A DNA stretch of 64,000 nucleotides from NCBI RefSeq assembly GCF_045037415.1, contig NZ_CP173438.1, one strand, 5' to 3'. The stretch comes from Escherichia coli (lineage in GTDB: Bacteria > Pseudomonadota > Gammaproteobacteria > Enterobacterales > Enterobacteriaceae). The position numbers and the translations under genes are program-made. Shown piece by piece: positions 52,051 through 62,371 of the stretch. The stretch's first letter is position 1, and each line of letters opens with the position of its first letter. A model generated the notes under the pieces. It was not told the DNA's origin. It did not search any database and saw only the letters and a program-made list of their open reading frames with translations.

Positions 52051-52362
52051 TTACCACCTCGTATTTAACAACCGGAGCATTGCTTTTTCCTGGGGAGACA
52101 GATCATCTTTAATACCCTTACGATAAATAAGCAGTAATCTGATCTCATAATGTTTAACCTGATGAAAGTAAATAACCCTGACACCAGCACGTTTCCCCTT
52201 TCCTCCTGAGACCCATCGAACCTTTCTTAACCCACCAGTTTCAGGTATTACCTCACCATAGTCAGGATTCAAGGCCAGGAAAAACTGAAAACGACTGAAT
52301 TCATCGTCGTTCAGCAGTTTTTGAACATCTTCAGTAAAAATTTCCGTTTCGATGAAGAGCAT
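52051..52362 (-). CDS. RelE/ParE-superfamily toxin, HigB-like (toxin-first arrangement)
   Basis: 103 aa, MLFIETEIFTEDVQKLLNDDEF...GGLRKVRW...GVRVIYFH...IRLLLIYRKG; size, basic patches and coupling to a downstream HTH partner. Confidence 0.7.
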   Translation of the reverse strand: MLFIETEIFTEDVQKLLNDDEFSRFQFFLALNPDYGEVIPETGGLRKVRWVSGGKGKRAGVRVIYFHQVKHYEIRLLLIYRKGIKDDLSPQEKAMLRLLNTRW

Positions 52363-52482
52363 AATTATACGCCATTGGCTTAGAGCAACAATCCTTTTTG
52401 TACGTCATTGACGTACCATTGAAACCACTAGCTTACTGATAGTGCTCCAGCAAAACCACGTCTCTGCCGGGTTTGTCTTTAC

Positions 52483-52504
52483 ATTTGCGAGGCGCTTTCC
52501 AGAT
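52483..52504. promoter_or_regulatory. conserved promoter/operator-like motif, partial copy C
   Basis: ATTTGCGAGGCGCTTTCCAGAT, one mismatch to the first half of copy A. Confidence 0.35.
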
Positions 52505-52578
52505 TTTTCACGCCCGTGAATTTCCCTGTATCCATCCAGCAAAAACGGGTGTATAAAACTGTACATTCATACAGCAAA

Positions 52579-53499
52579 ATGAGTTCTACTATGGCACTGG
52601 AAAAAGGAATTGCAGAGTTAGTCGAAGAGTTTATCGCTGCGGGTCGCCCCTCATCGCGCCAACAAAGTATTACGCAGCGCAGAGAGGGCTATATCGCCAG
52701 CGCTGTCCTTGCGGGTGAGACAGAAACGCGGGTAGATATTCAGACTATCGAACTTGAAGGGATGACCTTACGAATAGTGTCACCGCTGAATGCCCCGACA
52801 TTACTCCCGACGATAATTTATTACTACGGTGGCTGTTTTGTTAGCGGCGGGTTCGCAACTCACGACAACCAGCTGCGCCAGTTAGCCTATTACGGGCAAT
52901 GTCGGGTTATTGCCGTCCAGTATCGGCTGGCACCGGAACATACTTTCCCCGCCGCCCATGATGATGCACAACGAGGTGCAGAATTAGTCCGGCAACACGC
53001 CGAACGACTCGGCGTTGATAAACAACGAATAACTCTTGCCGGTGACAGTGCGGGAGGGCATCTGGCGCTGGTAACTGCTTTGCGATTGAAGCGTGCTGGC
53101 GAGTGGCAACCAGCACAACTCATCTTAATTTATCCTATGCTTGATGCGACTGCGCATTTCGAAAGCTACATACGCAATGGTCACGATTACATCATCACAC
53201 GCGACACTTTACTGAGCGGCTTTGAGATGTACCTGCCAGGCATTGAACGCAGGCATCCTGAAGCCAGCCCTATTTGGCGCAATGATTTCAATGGCTTGCC
53301 ACCTGTACATATCATTACCGCTGAATACGACCCACTTTGCGATGAAGGTGAAGCGTTGTATCACCGCATGACAGGGCAAGGAGTGCAATGCACCTGCCAA
53401 CGCTACCTTGGCGTTATCCACGGATTTTTTCAGTTAGGTGGTATCAGTGAGGCTGCGCGATCGGCGTTACGGGATGTTGCCTGGAGAGCGGGAAGGTAA
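52579..53499 (+). CDS. alpha/beta-hydrolase-fold esterase/lipase
   Basis: oxyanion-hole region YYYGGCF and nucleophile elbow GDSAGG; ORF track starts at a GTG (52516) inside the conserved motif, ATG at 52579 or 52591 preferred. Confidence 0.7.
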   Translation: MSSTMALEKGIAELVEEFIAAGRPSSRQQSITQRREGYIASAVLAGETETRVDIQTIELEGMTLRIVSPLNAPTLLPTIIYYYGGCFVSGGFATHDNQLRQLAYYGQCRVIAVQYRLAPEHTFPAAHDDAQRGAELVRQHAERLGVDKQRITLAGDSAGGHLALVTALRLKRAGEWQPAQLILIYPMLDATAHFESYIRNGHDYIITRDTLLSGFEMYLPGIERRHPEASPIWRNDFNGLPPVHIITAEYDPLCDEGEALYHRMTGQGVQCTCQRYLGVIHGFFQLGGISEAARSALRDVAWRAGR

Positions 53500-53562
53500 C
53501 TCCGGACCAGGGCCCAGAAAAGGTTTTCAGATTGAAAACCTTTTCAGTCAAGTAAAACGCCC

Positions 53563-54552
53563 CTACTCTTCTTCGTTCCCGCCCTCTTCATACGGGCCAA
53601 ATGGCTTCGCGGGCAGAACGATATACGTGCCTTCAAACACTGCACCCGGCGTCTCGTCGCCAAAGATTTCTACTTGCATCTGCACCCGTGCTTTTCGTCC
53701 GCGCGCCAGACGGTCGAGATCGCCACTTAAGGCACCAAGGTCGGCTACCGCATGGGGTTTTCCGCTAATCGGCTTGCTGTAGCGGATATGCGCATCCGCC
53801 AGAATAATCGTTCCGCCGAGGTGGCGTTCGCGCAGCATCAGCCAGATAAGCCCCCAACCGGTGAGCGTAGCCAGCGAGAATAAACTCCCGGCAAACAGCG
53901 TGTGATGCGGATTCTGATTGCCGGTTTCCGGCATGGTGGTGATAAATTTTTGCCCGGTATATTGCTGAATGCGCACACCCATTTTTTCGCTTAACGGGAT
54001 ATGTTCATACCACGCTTGCTGGAGCTGGGCGCACCAGTCGCCGCGATGAAGAATATCATCCAGAGTGGCGACGGGTTTAATCATCAGAAAATGGCGAATC
54101 GGCGTGGTGGTTGGCGTGGTGATTTCACCCTGATTAACAAACCCCAGCTTGGCGAAAAACTCCACCGCGTCTTCACGGGCGCTACAGGTCACGCGCTTAA
54201 CGCCTTCCTGACGTGCCACCGACTCCAGGGTCATCGCCATCAGCGTGCCTAACCCTTTGTCCTGCACGTCGGGATGAACGGCCATAAAGCGAATGGACGC
54301 TTCATTGTCGGCATTAATATACAGTCGGCCTACCGCTACCAGATTACCCTGCTCGTCGACGACCATCTGGTGATGCGCCATCGCATCCCACGCGTCGCGT
54401 TCCGAACCTTTTGGTTGATGCAGGGGCTTACGCAACATTTCCCAGCGAAACTGATAGTAACGCTCTAATTCTTCTTCTGTTTGTGGAACCCGAAGGTGAT
54501 ACATAGCGATACTCTCTCTTGTTTCCCGTGACAACCCTGGAAGCTGGCTCAT
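53563..54552 (-). CDS. yiiD: GNAT acetyltransferase / hotdog-fold fusion protein YiiD (FabY)
   Basis: 329 aa; N-terminal GNAT region and C-terminal thioesterase-like region. Confidence 0.88.
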
Positions 54553-54986
54553 ACCTGCAACCAGAATGTCACGGGGCCATCATTGACCAGCGATACCTGC
54601 ATATCCGCAGCGAAGCGTCCTGTTTGCGTGTTCATATCTTGCTGACGGCAGCGTTCGACGAAATAGTCATATAACGCCTCTGCGCGATCCGGTGATGCGC
54701 CTTTGGAGAAACTTGGGCGCATCCCCCGTTCGGTATCTGCGGCAAGGGTAAACTGGGAAACCACCAGTACACTGCCGCCCGCCTGTTGCACGTTGAGATT
54801 CATCTTGCCTTCGGCATCGCTAAAGATGCGGTAGCCGAGTACACGCTCGCACAGACGGTTTGCTTTCTGTTCGTCGTCATCCTTTTCGACACCCAATAAC
54901 ACCAAAAGTCCCGCGCCAATTTCACCCGTCACTTCTCCCTCCACGGTGACGCTGGCACGGGTTACGCGTTGAATTAATGCAATCAT
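54549..54986 (-). CDS. dtd: D-aminoacyl-tRNA deacylase
   Basis: 145 aa [17 protein letters not shown]...; SQFTL motif; 4-nt overlaps with both neighbours. Confidence 0.93.
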
Positions 54987-55855
54987 GGTTCGTCGTCTTC
55001 TTCTTGTTCAGCAGCTTGTTTTAATTTGCGGTATTCCCCGAGAGTGACAGTAATTTCCGCGCCAAGCAAGACGATACACCATGTCCAGTAGACCCAAACA
55101 AAGAGAATGGGGATCACCGCCAGCACGCCGTAAATGAGCTGATATGACGGGAACATGGTGATATAAAGCGCGAAACCTTTCTTTCCTGCTTCGAACAGGA
55201 GCGCGGCGACAAACGCGCCGACAATCGCGTCGCGGTTAGGTACGCGAATGGTAGGAACGATGCTGTACAGCAACCAAAAGGAGATCCACGATAACAGCAG
55301 CGGAAAAATACGCAGCACGTTGTCGATGACAGTATTGAGATCGCTCGCCCAGCGCAGGGAAAGCAGATAGGAGCTGATCGCCAGACTGGCCCCTGCCAGC
55401 AGCGGCCCCAGCGTTAAAATCATCCAGTACACGGCAAACGAGTAAATTTTGGGTCGCGCTCGTTTACTGCGCCAGATGGTATTCAACGCGCTATCGATGG
55501 AGTACATCAACAATAACGCCGTGACGATCAGCCCGCACGCCCCGACGGCGGTCATTTTGTTGGAATTGGCGACAAACTGTTCGATATATCGCTGGATAAC
55601 ATCGCCAGTAGCAGGCAGAAAGTTGGCAAAAATAAAGTGACGCAACTGAATGCTGACGTCGGAAAACATGGGAAAAGCGGCGAAAAGCGCAAAAACAACG
55701 GCAACCAGCGGCACTAATGAGAGCAACGACACATAGGCAAGGTTACCTGCCAGGGTTGTCATGTTGTCCTCATCAATGCGTTGCCAGAGTAGTTTTAGCC
55801 AGGCCCATAGTGGACGGGTACGATGCCTGGCTTTGTCCTGAATGGTTTTTAGCAT
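54983..55855 (-). CDS. yihY: YihY/BrkB-family inner membrane protein
   Basis: 290-aa polytopic membrane protein. Confidence 0.88.
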
Positions 55856-56448
55856 AACACCTTCGCGAAATAGTCCGGGATGGTGGTTTTATCTTTCACC
55901 AGAATACTAGTAATGCCTAGCCGATTAGCTCCTTCTATATTATCGGCGTTATCGTCGAAAAAGACCGTATCGTCTGGTGAAAAACCTTCTGCCCGCAAAA
56001 CATGCTGATAAATTCGTGCTTCAGGTTTGCGCATACCCAAGTCTTGCGACAGATAGATATGGTCAGCAGCATCACGGATTTCCGGGTATTCCTCCGGCCA
56101 GAAGGTAGTATGCAGGCGGTTAGTATTGGAAAGCACCACCACGCGATGCCCCTGCTCACGCAGTTTATGCATGATGGCGATCACTTCCGGTCGTAGCGCA
56201 ACAAATACCGCCTGCCAACCGTGGGAGAACTGCTCATAGCTTAGCGGCAGGGCCATCTCATGACACAGTGCCTCTGCGAACGCTTCGTCGCTAATTTCCC
56301 CACGCTCATGCTGATGAAACGCCTCGCCCATGTGGAAACTCTTCTTAAGCGTAGCCAGTGGAACACGCGTTAAATCGCTCCAGGCCCCCAGCACACGGTT
56401 AAAGTCGATATCGACAATCACATTACCTAAATCAAAGATATAGAGCAT
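55849..56448 (-). CDS. yihX: HAD-family sugar phosphatase YihX
   Basis: internal start [15 protein letters not shown] gives 199 aa with the HAD motif I DxG. Confidence 0.88.
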
Positions 56449-56588
56449 TTTTGCCTCCTTTCGCGCCACAAGAAATTAACTGTAGCGGGAAAGGATGGGT
56501 TTGGCTATGTGGCAATAAGGGTAATCTTGTGATGCTGATTGCGAAAAAGCAGAGTAATTTCACTGGCTTTTTCGCAATAGATGAATGG

Positions 56589-57521
56589 TTAAGATTCAGG
56601 TGTAAATTGCCAACGAGTTTCGATGACCAGCGGCTTATCTGGTGTCACAAATTCCGGCGTTAGATTTATTGCGTTAGGTGCCTGAGTCAGCGGGTTAATA
56701 CAGGTGGCATCGGGCTGTTTATCAAATACCACCAGACTGTTTGCAGAAGAGGTCATGGTCATCGCGAGTTTACCAGGCCACAGTAACTTAACCTTCACCC
56801 CGTCATAAAAACCAAAACAGTCATCCCAGGGACCAACTTGAGGAGAGATACGATTTCCAGTTGGCAGTTCATCACTACCCGCTTCTTCTTGCCAGTCCGC
56901 ATCAAAAAGCACCTGCAACGATTCTGTATTTTGCGGAGTCAGCTTTTTCGCAAACCACGGATGCCAGCCTGCGGAGGCCGGGAATGTATCGGCATATGAA
57001 TGGACTTCCAGTTGCAAAACCAGCGCATCGTTCTCCAGCAAAAAAGTCTGAATCACTTCCCCTTGCCAGGGCCACGGTGAAGTCAGGGGCATACGTAAAG
57101 TCAGGGAATCTGCTGTTTTGTCGATGATTTCCCACGTTGAGTAACAAGCCATACCATGCAACGCATGTGGTGGTTTATTGGCGGGTAAAGAATAACATTG
57201 CCCACCAGCATTCAGCGTCGCATTCCCCAGTCGCCCTGCCCACGGCACCATTGGGAAACAGCCATACTGAAAAGCTCTGCGCTGCGGCTGCCATTGGCGT
57301 AATACTTCAGAACCAAATGCCTTTAACGAGGTTATCCTGGCACCATCATGCGGATAAATCTGCAGGTGAATATTGCCTTTTTCCAGCGTCACTAACTCTC
57401 CTACAGGCCCAGGCCATGGCGCGTCAAACGCCTGTTGTAGCGCCAGGTAATGCTCGTTTTTTCGTTCAGTTTTCATGAGATTGTTCCCTGATGTAGCGGT
57501 AAGAAGCGGTTTCTTGTTCAT
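56589..57521 (-). CDS. aldose 1-epimerase-family protein, YihR-like
   Basis: GWHPWF and CFPMVPWAGR motifs resemble mutarotase-family YihR; start ambiguous (57521 gives 310 aa, 57476 has the better SD); either start overlaps the stop of the upstream MFS gene. Confidence 0.7.
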   Translation of the reverse strand: MNKKPLLTATSGNNLMKTERKNEHYLALQQAFDAPWPGPVGELVTLEKGNIHLQIYPHDGARITSLKAFGSEVLRQWQPQRRAFQYGCFPMVPWAGRLGNATLNAGGQCYSLPANKPPHALHGMACYSTWEIIDKTADSLTLRMPLTSPWPWQGEVIQTFLLENDALVLQLEVHSYADTFPASAGWHPWFAKKLTPQNTESLQVLFDADWQEEAGSDELPTGNRISPQVGPWDDCFGFYDGVKVKLLWPGKLAMTMTSSANSLVVFDKQPDATCINPLTQAPNAINLTPEFVTPDKPLVIETRWQFTPES

Positions 57522-58815
57522 CGGTTGGCTCAATCAGCCAGACGCAAACAAAGGAAAGAACTGAGACAGCAAATAAAAACAGAGCGACATACCACGGTTT
57601 TCCTCCCCCTAGCGCCAGCAAACTTGAGGCGATAAGGGGGCTTAGTCCGCCAAGAATCGCGGAAAATTGATAAGCAAAAGAAAGGCCGGTATATCGTACT
57701 TTGGTACCGAACATGCGGGTGAAAAGTGTTGGCTGCACGGCAAACATCATCGTCGGACCTAAGTTGTAGCCAAGGATCATACTGCACCAGATGATGAGCG
57801 TACTTTTGCTATCCAGTAATAAGAAGAAAGGAAACGCGAACAGGACACAAAACCCTGCTCCCGACAAATACAGACTTTTTTGACCTATACGATCTGATAA
57901 CCATCCAACCAATGGACAACTGAAAATACCGATCGCCGAGGCAATCAACATACCCGTCAGGGGAATATCTCGCGACAATGCTAATTGGCTGGAAATATAG
58001 ACAATACCAAAGGCGTTAATAATATTAGAGGAGACACTTTCCGCCAGCCTCGCACCCAGTGCCAATAAAATATTTCGTGGATGTTTTTTGAATAATTCAA
58101 TCAACGGAGGAACGGACTTTTCTTTATTATTCGTCGTTTTTTGCTTTTGAAAATCCAGCGTTTCTTCGGTATGCAGGCGGATAAACAGCCCAACGATCAA
58201 CATCACCGCAGAAAGCCAAAACGGAATGCGCCATCCCCAGGAGAGAAACTGCTCCGAAGTAAGAAAATGGTTACAGAGAGCAAAAATACCGGTTGCCAGC
58301 ATAATACCCACAGACGCAGCCGTTTGCGGGAGTGAACCTAAAAATCCGCGTCGGGATTCGGGCGCTGATTCTATGGTCATCAATGCCGCTCCGCCGTACT
58401 CGCCACCAAGACCAAAGCCCTGAATTAAACGTAGCACCATTAATATGAGCGGTGCCCAGATCCCAATTTCCTGATACGTCGGAATAAAACCAATCAAAAA
58501 TGTGGAGCAACCGACAATAGCCAACGTCCAGATAAGCGTTATTTTTCGCCCTATTTTATCGCCAAAATGACCAAAGACGATGCCACCTAAAGGACGAGTC
58601 AGAAAACCGACACCAAAGGTCGCAAAGGAAGCTATAAGACCTATAAAAGGATCGCTGTCTGGATAAAACAGCGGTGCAAATACCAGTCCTGCTGCCGTGC
58701 CAAAAATAAAGAAGTCATACCATTCCATTAACGCGCCTGCGAAACTGCCCATAACGACACGTCTCATGGCTTTACCGGAAAGCCCTTCACGCGGTGCGGG
58801 TAACTTTTCAGACAT
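57466..58815 (-). CDS. MFS transporter, metabolite:H+ symporter (MHS) type
   Basis: 449 aa, about 12 TM; EWYDFF motif and GDKIGRK loop typical of ProP/KgtP/ShiA-type carriers. Confidence 0.8.
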   Translation of the reverse strand: MSEKLPAPREGLSGKAMRRVVMGSFAGALMEWYDFFIFGTAAGLVFAPLFYPDSDPFIGLIASFATFGVGFLTRPLGGIVFGHFGDKIGRKITLIWTLAIVGCSTFLIGFIPTYQEIGIWAPLILMVLRLIQGFGLGGEYGGAALMTIESAPESRRGFLGSLPQTAASVGIMLATGIFALCNHFLTSEQFLSWGWRIPFWLSAVMLIVGLFIRLHTEETLDFQKQKTTNNKEKSVPPLIELFKKHPRNILLALGARLAESVSSNIINAFGIVYISSQLALSRDIPLTGMLIASAIGIFSCPLVGWLSDRIGQKSLYLSGAGFCVLFAFPFFLLLDSKSTLIIWCSMILGYNLGPTMMFAVQPTLFTRMFGTKVRYTGLSFAYQFSAILGGLSPLIASSLLALGGGKPWYVALFLFAVSVLSFVCVWLIEPTDEQETASYRYIREQSHEN

Positions 58816-58913
58816 AATTTTCCTCTCCTGGTAGGCGAGAAATCTGGGATACGAACCACTAAACGTGGGCAGTTTGAATTAATGCGCATCGGCTTAAACC
58901 GATGCGCATTAAA

Positions 58914-60347
58914 TTATTTCTTCAATTCAGCCAGAACCTCTGCGTCCTCAGCATCAACATTTGCACCCAGTGGTTCCCAATTAATCAATACACAGGTCAG
59001 GAATCCCAGGAATGGCACGATTGCCAACCAGTAAAACGCTTCGGTTTTCAACGCACCCCACAGCATCGGCCAGAAAATGAGTCCTGCAATTGCCCCTGTG
59101 CGCATAATAGCGCGGGCAAATCCGACCCCAGTAGGGCGAATAGCGGGAGGATAAGAGAGTGTGGCAATGGTCATGCCCAGCCCACCAGGACCCGCTGAAT
59201 GGAAGAAAATAATTGATCCCAATAACCCTAAAGACAGCCAGGGATTAGTCGTTGCCAGTGCGCCTAACGACAGCAATGCTAAGGTCACAACAGCAAATCC
59301 ATACATCGACTGTCGGCGAGTACCCAGTCGTTGGAGAATAAACGAGCCGATCATCCCGCCTGTCACCCCACAAAGGGCATTCACGACGGCAGAACCGGTC
59401 AACGCGCCAGTAAGCCCGCCACTTATTATTCCCGCCAACGTAAGAGGAAGATAAACACCTACGGCGTTATATTGCCACGCCTGCATGGTTGCCACGACAC
59501 AGCCAAGAATGGTGCGTTTGCGGTAACGATCATTAAATAAGATGCCATATCCACCACTGTATTTATTCTCTGCTTTTTCCGAGAATTTCGCTTCTGTTGT
59601 ACCCGATGCCGCAACGCGAGCCTGAACACCATAACGTTTTCCCAGAATGTCGCACGCTTCCTGGTAACGCCCGACGCGTGCGGCCCACATTGCGGATTCA
59701 CCAATAAAGAAGTAACGCAAAATCATGAAGATGACTGCAAAAATAGCTCCGATGAATATTCCGTAACGCCACAATTGTTCTTCAGCGATACCCGACAGAA
59801 GCAGCGGCAAAAGCACCAAATAAACAACGGTTGTCGAAACATACCAGGCCATTTGCCAGAGGTTGACCGACGTTCCGGTTTTCTTCGACGTTGAACCACG
59901 AAGCTCTGCCACGGCATTGGTTGCCAAAGGGAAGTCGATGCCTAAACCAAAGCCCATGATGACGCGGCACACCAGCACCCACCAGATACTGGGAGCAATA
60001 GCTACCGCTGCAGCACCGATGGTGCACAGCCCCATGCCAATAATAAATGCCCGCTTTTGCCCAAAGCGGTTTATTACTCGGTTCGCTAATAAACCGCCAA
60101 TTAACGCGGCGATTAATACTGATGCATTGACGGTTGCAGCAAGACCCGGCGAAATGCCGAATTGAGCGGCAATGTATTTATTACCAAACCCCACCATCGC
60201 CGCCTGGTAGGCATCAATCAATATGCCGCCCAAAGCAATAAAAATAACGCCGATACTGGTGTTGATTGCAGAGTTCTTATTAACAATATCAATTACGTCC
60301 TGTGGCCGACTAATTGAATAAGTTGCAGGACTGGTGATTTGACTCAT
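58914..60347 (-). CDS. MFS transporter, sugar-porter type
   Basis: 477 aa, about 12 TM; NRFGQKR loop. Confidence 0.8.
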   Translation of the reverse strand: MSQITSPATYSISRPQDVIDIVNKNSAINTSIGVIFIALGGILIDAYQAAMVGFGNKYIAAQFGISPGLAATVNASVLIAALIGGLLANRVINRFGQKRAFIIGMGLCTIGAAAVAIAPSIWWVLVCRVIMGFGLGIDFPLATNAVAELRGSTSKKTGTSVNLWQMAWYVSTTVVYLVLLPLLLSGIAEEQLWRYGIFIGAIFAVIFMILRYFFIGESAMWAARVGRYQEACDILGKRYGVQARVAASGTTEAKFSEKAENKYSGGYGILFNDRYRKRTILGCVVATMQAWQYNAVGVYLPLTLAGIISGGLTGALTGSAVVNALCGVTGGMIGSFILQRLGTRRQSMYGFAVVTLALLSLGALATTNPWLSLGLLGSIIFFHSAGPGGLGMTIATLSYPPAIRPTGVGFARAIMRTGAIAGLIFWPMLWGALKTEAFYWLAIVPFLGFLTCVLINWEPLGANVDAEDAEVLAELKK

Positions 60348-60416
60348 CGCAGTGTCCTTTTTAATTGTTGTAGGGTGGCGCTGACGTGACGCAGCGCCAG
60401 ACAGAGATTTAGAAAA

Positions 60417-61427
60417 TCATTCCGGCGCAAATTGCAGCATGACCTTTATGGAGTCATTTTGCTGCGCGCGTTCGAATGCCGCCGCTGCATCCTCAATGGC
60501 AAATAAATCGGTAACCAGTTCACTGGTATCAAACCGCCCATCCGCCAGCCATTCGATAACAGCATCGAAATCTTCAGGGATGTACATGCCAGAGTTGAGC
60601 AAGTCACGCTCGAAACGTTGCATCATCGGTAATGGTATTTCACGCGGCCCACTTGGTACGCCCATGCACACGACGGTGCCTCCGGCATATACACGGGTAC
60701 ATGCATCGTTAAGCGTGGCCTGCGCTGCAACGACATCAATCGCCCCCGTAAATCGCACATCTGCGGCCAGCTCACCTGGTGCCCAAACTTCTGCTGCGCC
60801 CAGTTTTAACGCCAGCGCGCGTTTGGCAGCGTCAGGTTCAATCACGGTAATCTTACCTGCCCCCATAATGCGCAGTGCCTGCACGATGGATAAGCCTATC
60901 GTTCCGGCACCAATCACCAGTACGCTTTCCAGAGAAGCTTTCGGCATTCGGTTAACGCAGTGACGAGCACAAGCCGCCGGTTCGGCAAAGGCCAACACTT
61001 TTAGCGGTAAAGAGGCTGGTGCGACATGGCAATTACGCGCAGGAACAATGTGTTGTGAGCGAGCAAAGCCCGGTGCGCGAAAACCAGCAACCTGCGGTGG
61101 TTCACAAAGATTAAAACGTCCTGCTTTGCAGGCTCGGCATTCCATGCAAGCCATGATGGGATCGACCACAACATGATCGCCCGGCTGTACATTTTTAACG
61201 TCGCTGCCCACTTCCGTAACGCGCGCTGCAATTTCATGACCGGGGACGACAGGCGGTTTGGCAAACGGATGACCGCCTTTCAGAACATGCAGATCCGAAC
61301 CGCATATCCCGTAGAACACGGGCGCAATCCGTACTTCGTGCGGTTTAAGTTGCTGGTGTGGTACTTCAACATATTGAGTGGTGACTTTCCCAATATCTGA
61401 AAATAAAACCTGGGTAATTTTATCCAT
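60417..61427 (-). CDS. zinc-dependent medium-chain alcohol/polyol dehydrogenase
   Basis: GICGSDLH and PGHE zinc-ligand motifs; structural-zinc CxxC pair; VIGAGTIG NAD fold. Confidence 0.85.
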   Translation of the reverse strand: MDKITQVLFSDIGKVTTQYVEVPHQQLKPHEVRIAPVFYGICGSDLHVLKGGHPFAKPPVVPGHEIAARVTEVGSDVKNVQPGDHVVVDPIMACMECRACKAGRFNLCEPPQVAGFRAPGFARSQHIVPARNCHVAPASLPLKVLAFAEPAACARHCVNRMPKASLESVLVIGAGTIGLSIVQALRIMGAGKITVIEPDAAKRALALKLGAAEVWAPGELAADVRFTGAIDVVAAQATLNDACTRVYAGGTVVCMGVPSGPREIPLPMMQRFERDLLNSGMYIPEDFDAVIEWLADGRFDTSELVTDLFAIEDAAAAFERAQQNDSIKVMLQFAPE

Positions 61428-61459
61428 TGTTATTCTCCAGAATCGATATCCATAGGGGA

Positions 61460-62347
61460 TTAGCGTTGCGCGATACCTTCATCGACAATTTCAGCCAGCC
61501 GTTGCAAGCGTGGAACGGAGACATCGCGCAGCATGGTTTGTGGATCTTGTGCACCAACAACCGACGCCCAAACCGCTCGTCCAGCCAGGAAGCCCGACGC
61601 ACCACCTTTCATGGCAATACTTACTGCACGGCCAAAAATATCGGCATCAACGCCAGAAGAAAGAATTACCCACGGCATCTTCATCTGATCGTTAAGTTGC
61701 TGACAGGCAGCAAGTAAGGTTTTTTCATCGCCTTTGCCCCCTAATGGCATCTCGGCTTTGTAAAGATCAGCCTCTGTTCCACCAAGCTCTGCGGCGGCGG
61801 CAACAATGGCGCTTTCACGATCAAAGTCCCAACCGCGACGAGGTGGACGCACCACAGGTTCAATAATGCTAACCAGCCCGGCACTACGGCAGCGACGAAC
61901 AAATTTATCAACCATTGCCAGACGTTCCTCTGCGGGTTCATCTTCACGCCAGAGTACAAGTAATTTCATTGCCTTAGCCCCCATTTCACGGGCTTTATGC
62001 GGGTCGACGGACATATCTATTTCAACGCTATCAACCGGGATGCCATTACCTGGGATAAAAAGATCGGCAGCGACAATCAGGCCGCAAGAATTAGCCACAG
62101 CGCCCTGCTCGACTATTTGTTCAAGACAAAATTGTTTATCCGCCAGAACGGCAGAAGCATAAGGAGAAAGGATTCGGGTCGCGGCAACTTTAAAATCGGT
62201 GAGTACACTGTCGGCGATGGGTTTTGGCTGCCCTGCTGCCGCAAACATCAGGCGCATGGCCTCACGCTGATCGACAGCTAACATGGCGAATCCACCACCT
62301 GGGCGGGAGATATCTTTCAGCGTAAATGGGGTGAAGTGGGATGACAT
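61460..62347 (-). CDS. class I aldolase, YihT-like (sulfofructosephosphate / tagatose-bisphosphate aldolase family)
   Basis: 295 aa; [15 protein letters not shown] and [10 protein letters not shown] blocks recalled from YihT/LacD-family aldolases. Confidence 0.78.
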   Translation of the reverse strand: MSSHFTPFTLKDISRPGGGFAMLAVDQREAMRLMFAAAGQPKPIADSVLTDFKVAATRILSPYASAVLADKQFCLEQIVEQGAVANSCGLIVAADLFIPGNGIPVDSVEIDMSVDPHKAREMGAKAMKLLVLWREDEPAEERLAMVDKFVRRCRSAGLVSIIEPVVRPPRRGWDFDRESAIVAAAAELGGTEADLYKAEMPLGGKGDEKTLLAACQQLNDQMKMPWVILSSGVDADIFGRAVSIAMKGGASGFLAGRAVWASVVGAQDPQTMLRDVSVPRLQRLAEIVDEGIAQR

Positions 62348-62371
62348 AGAAACTCCTGTTAATAGATAAAA

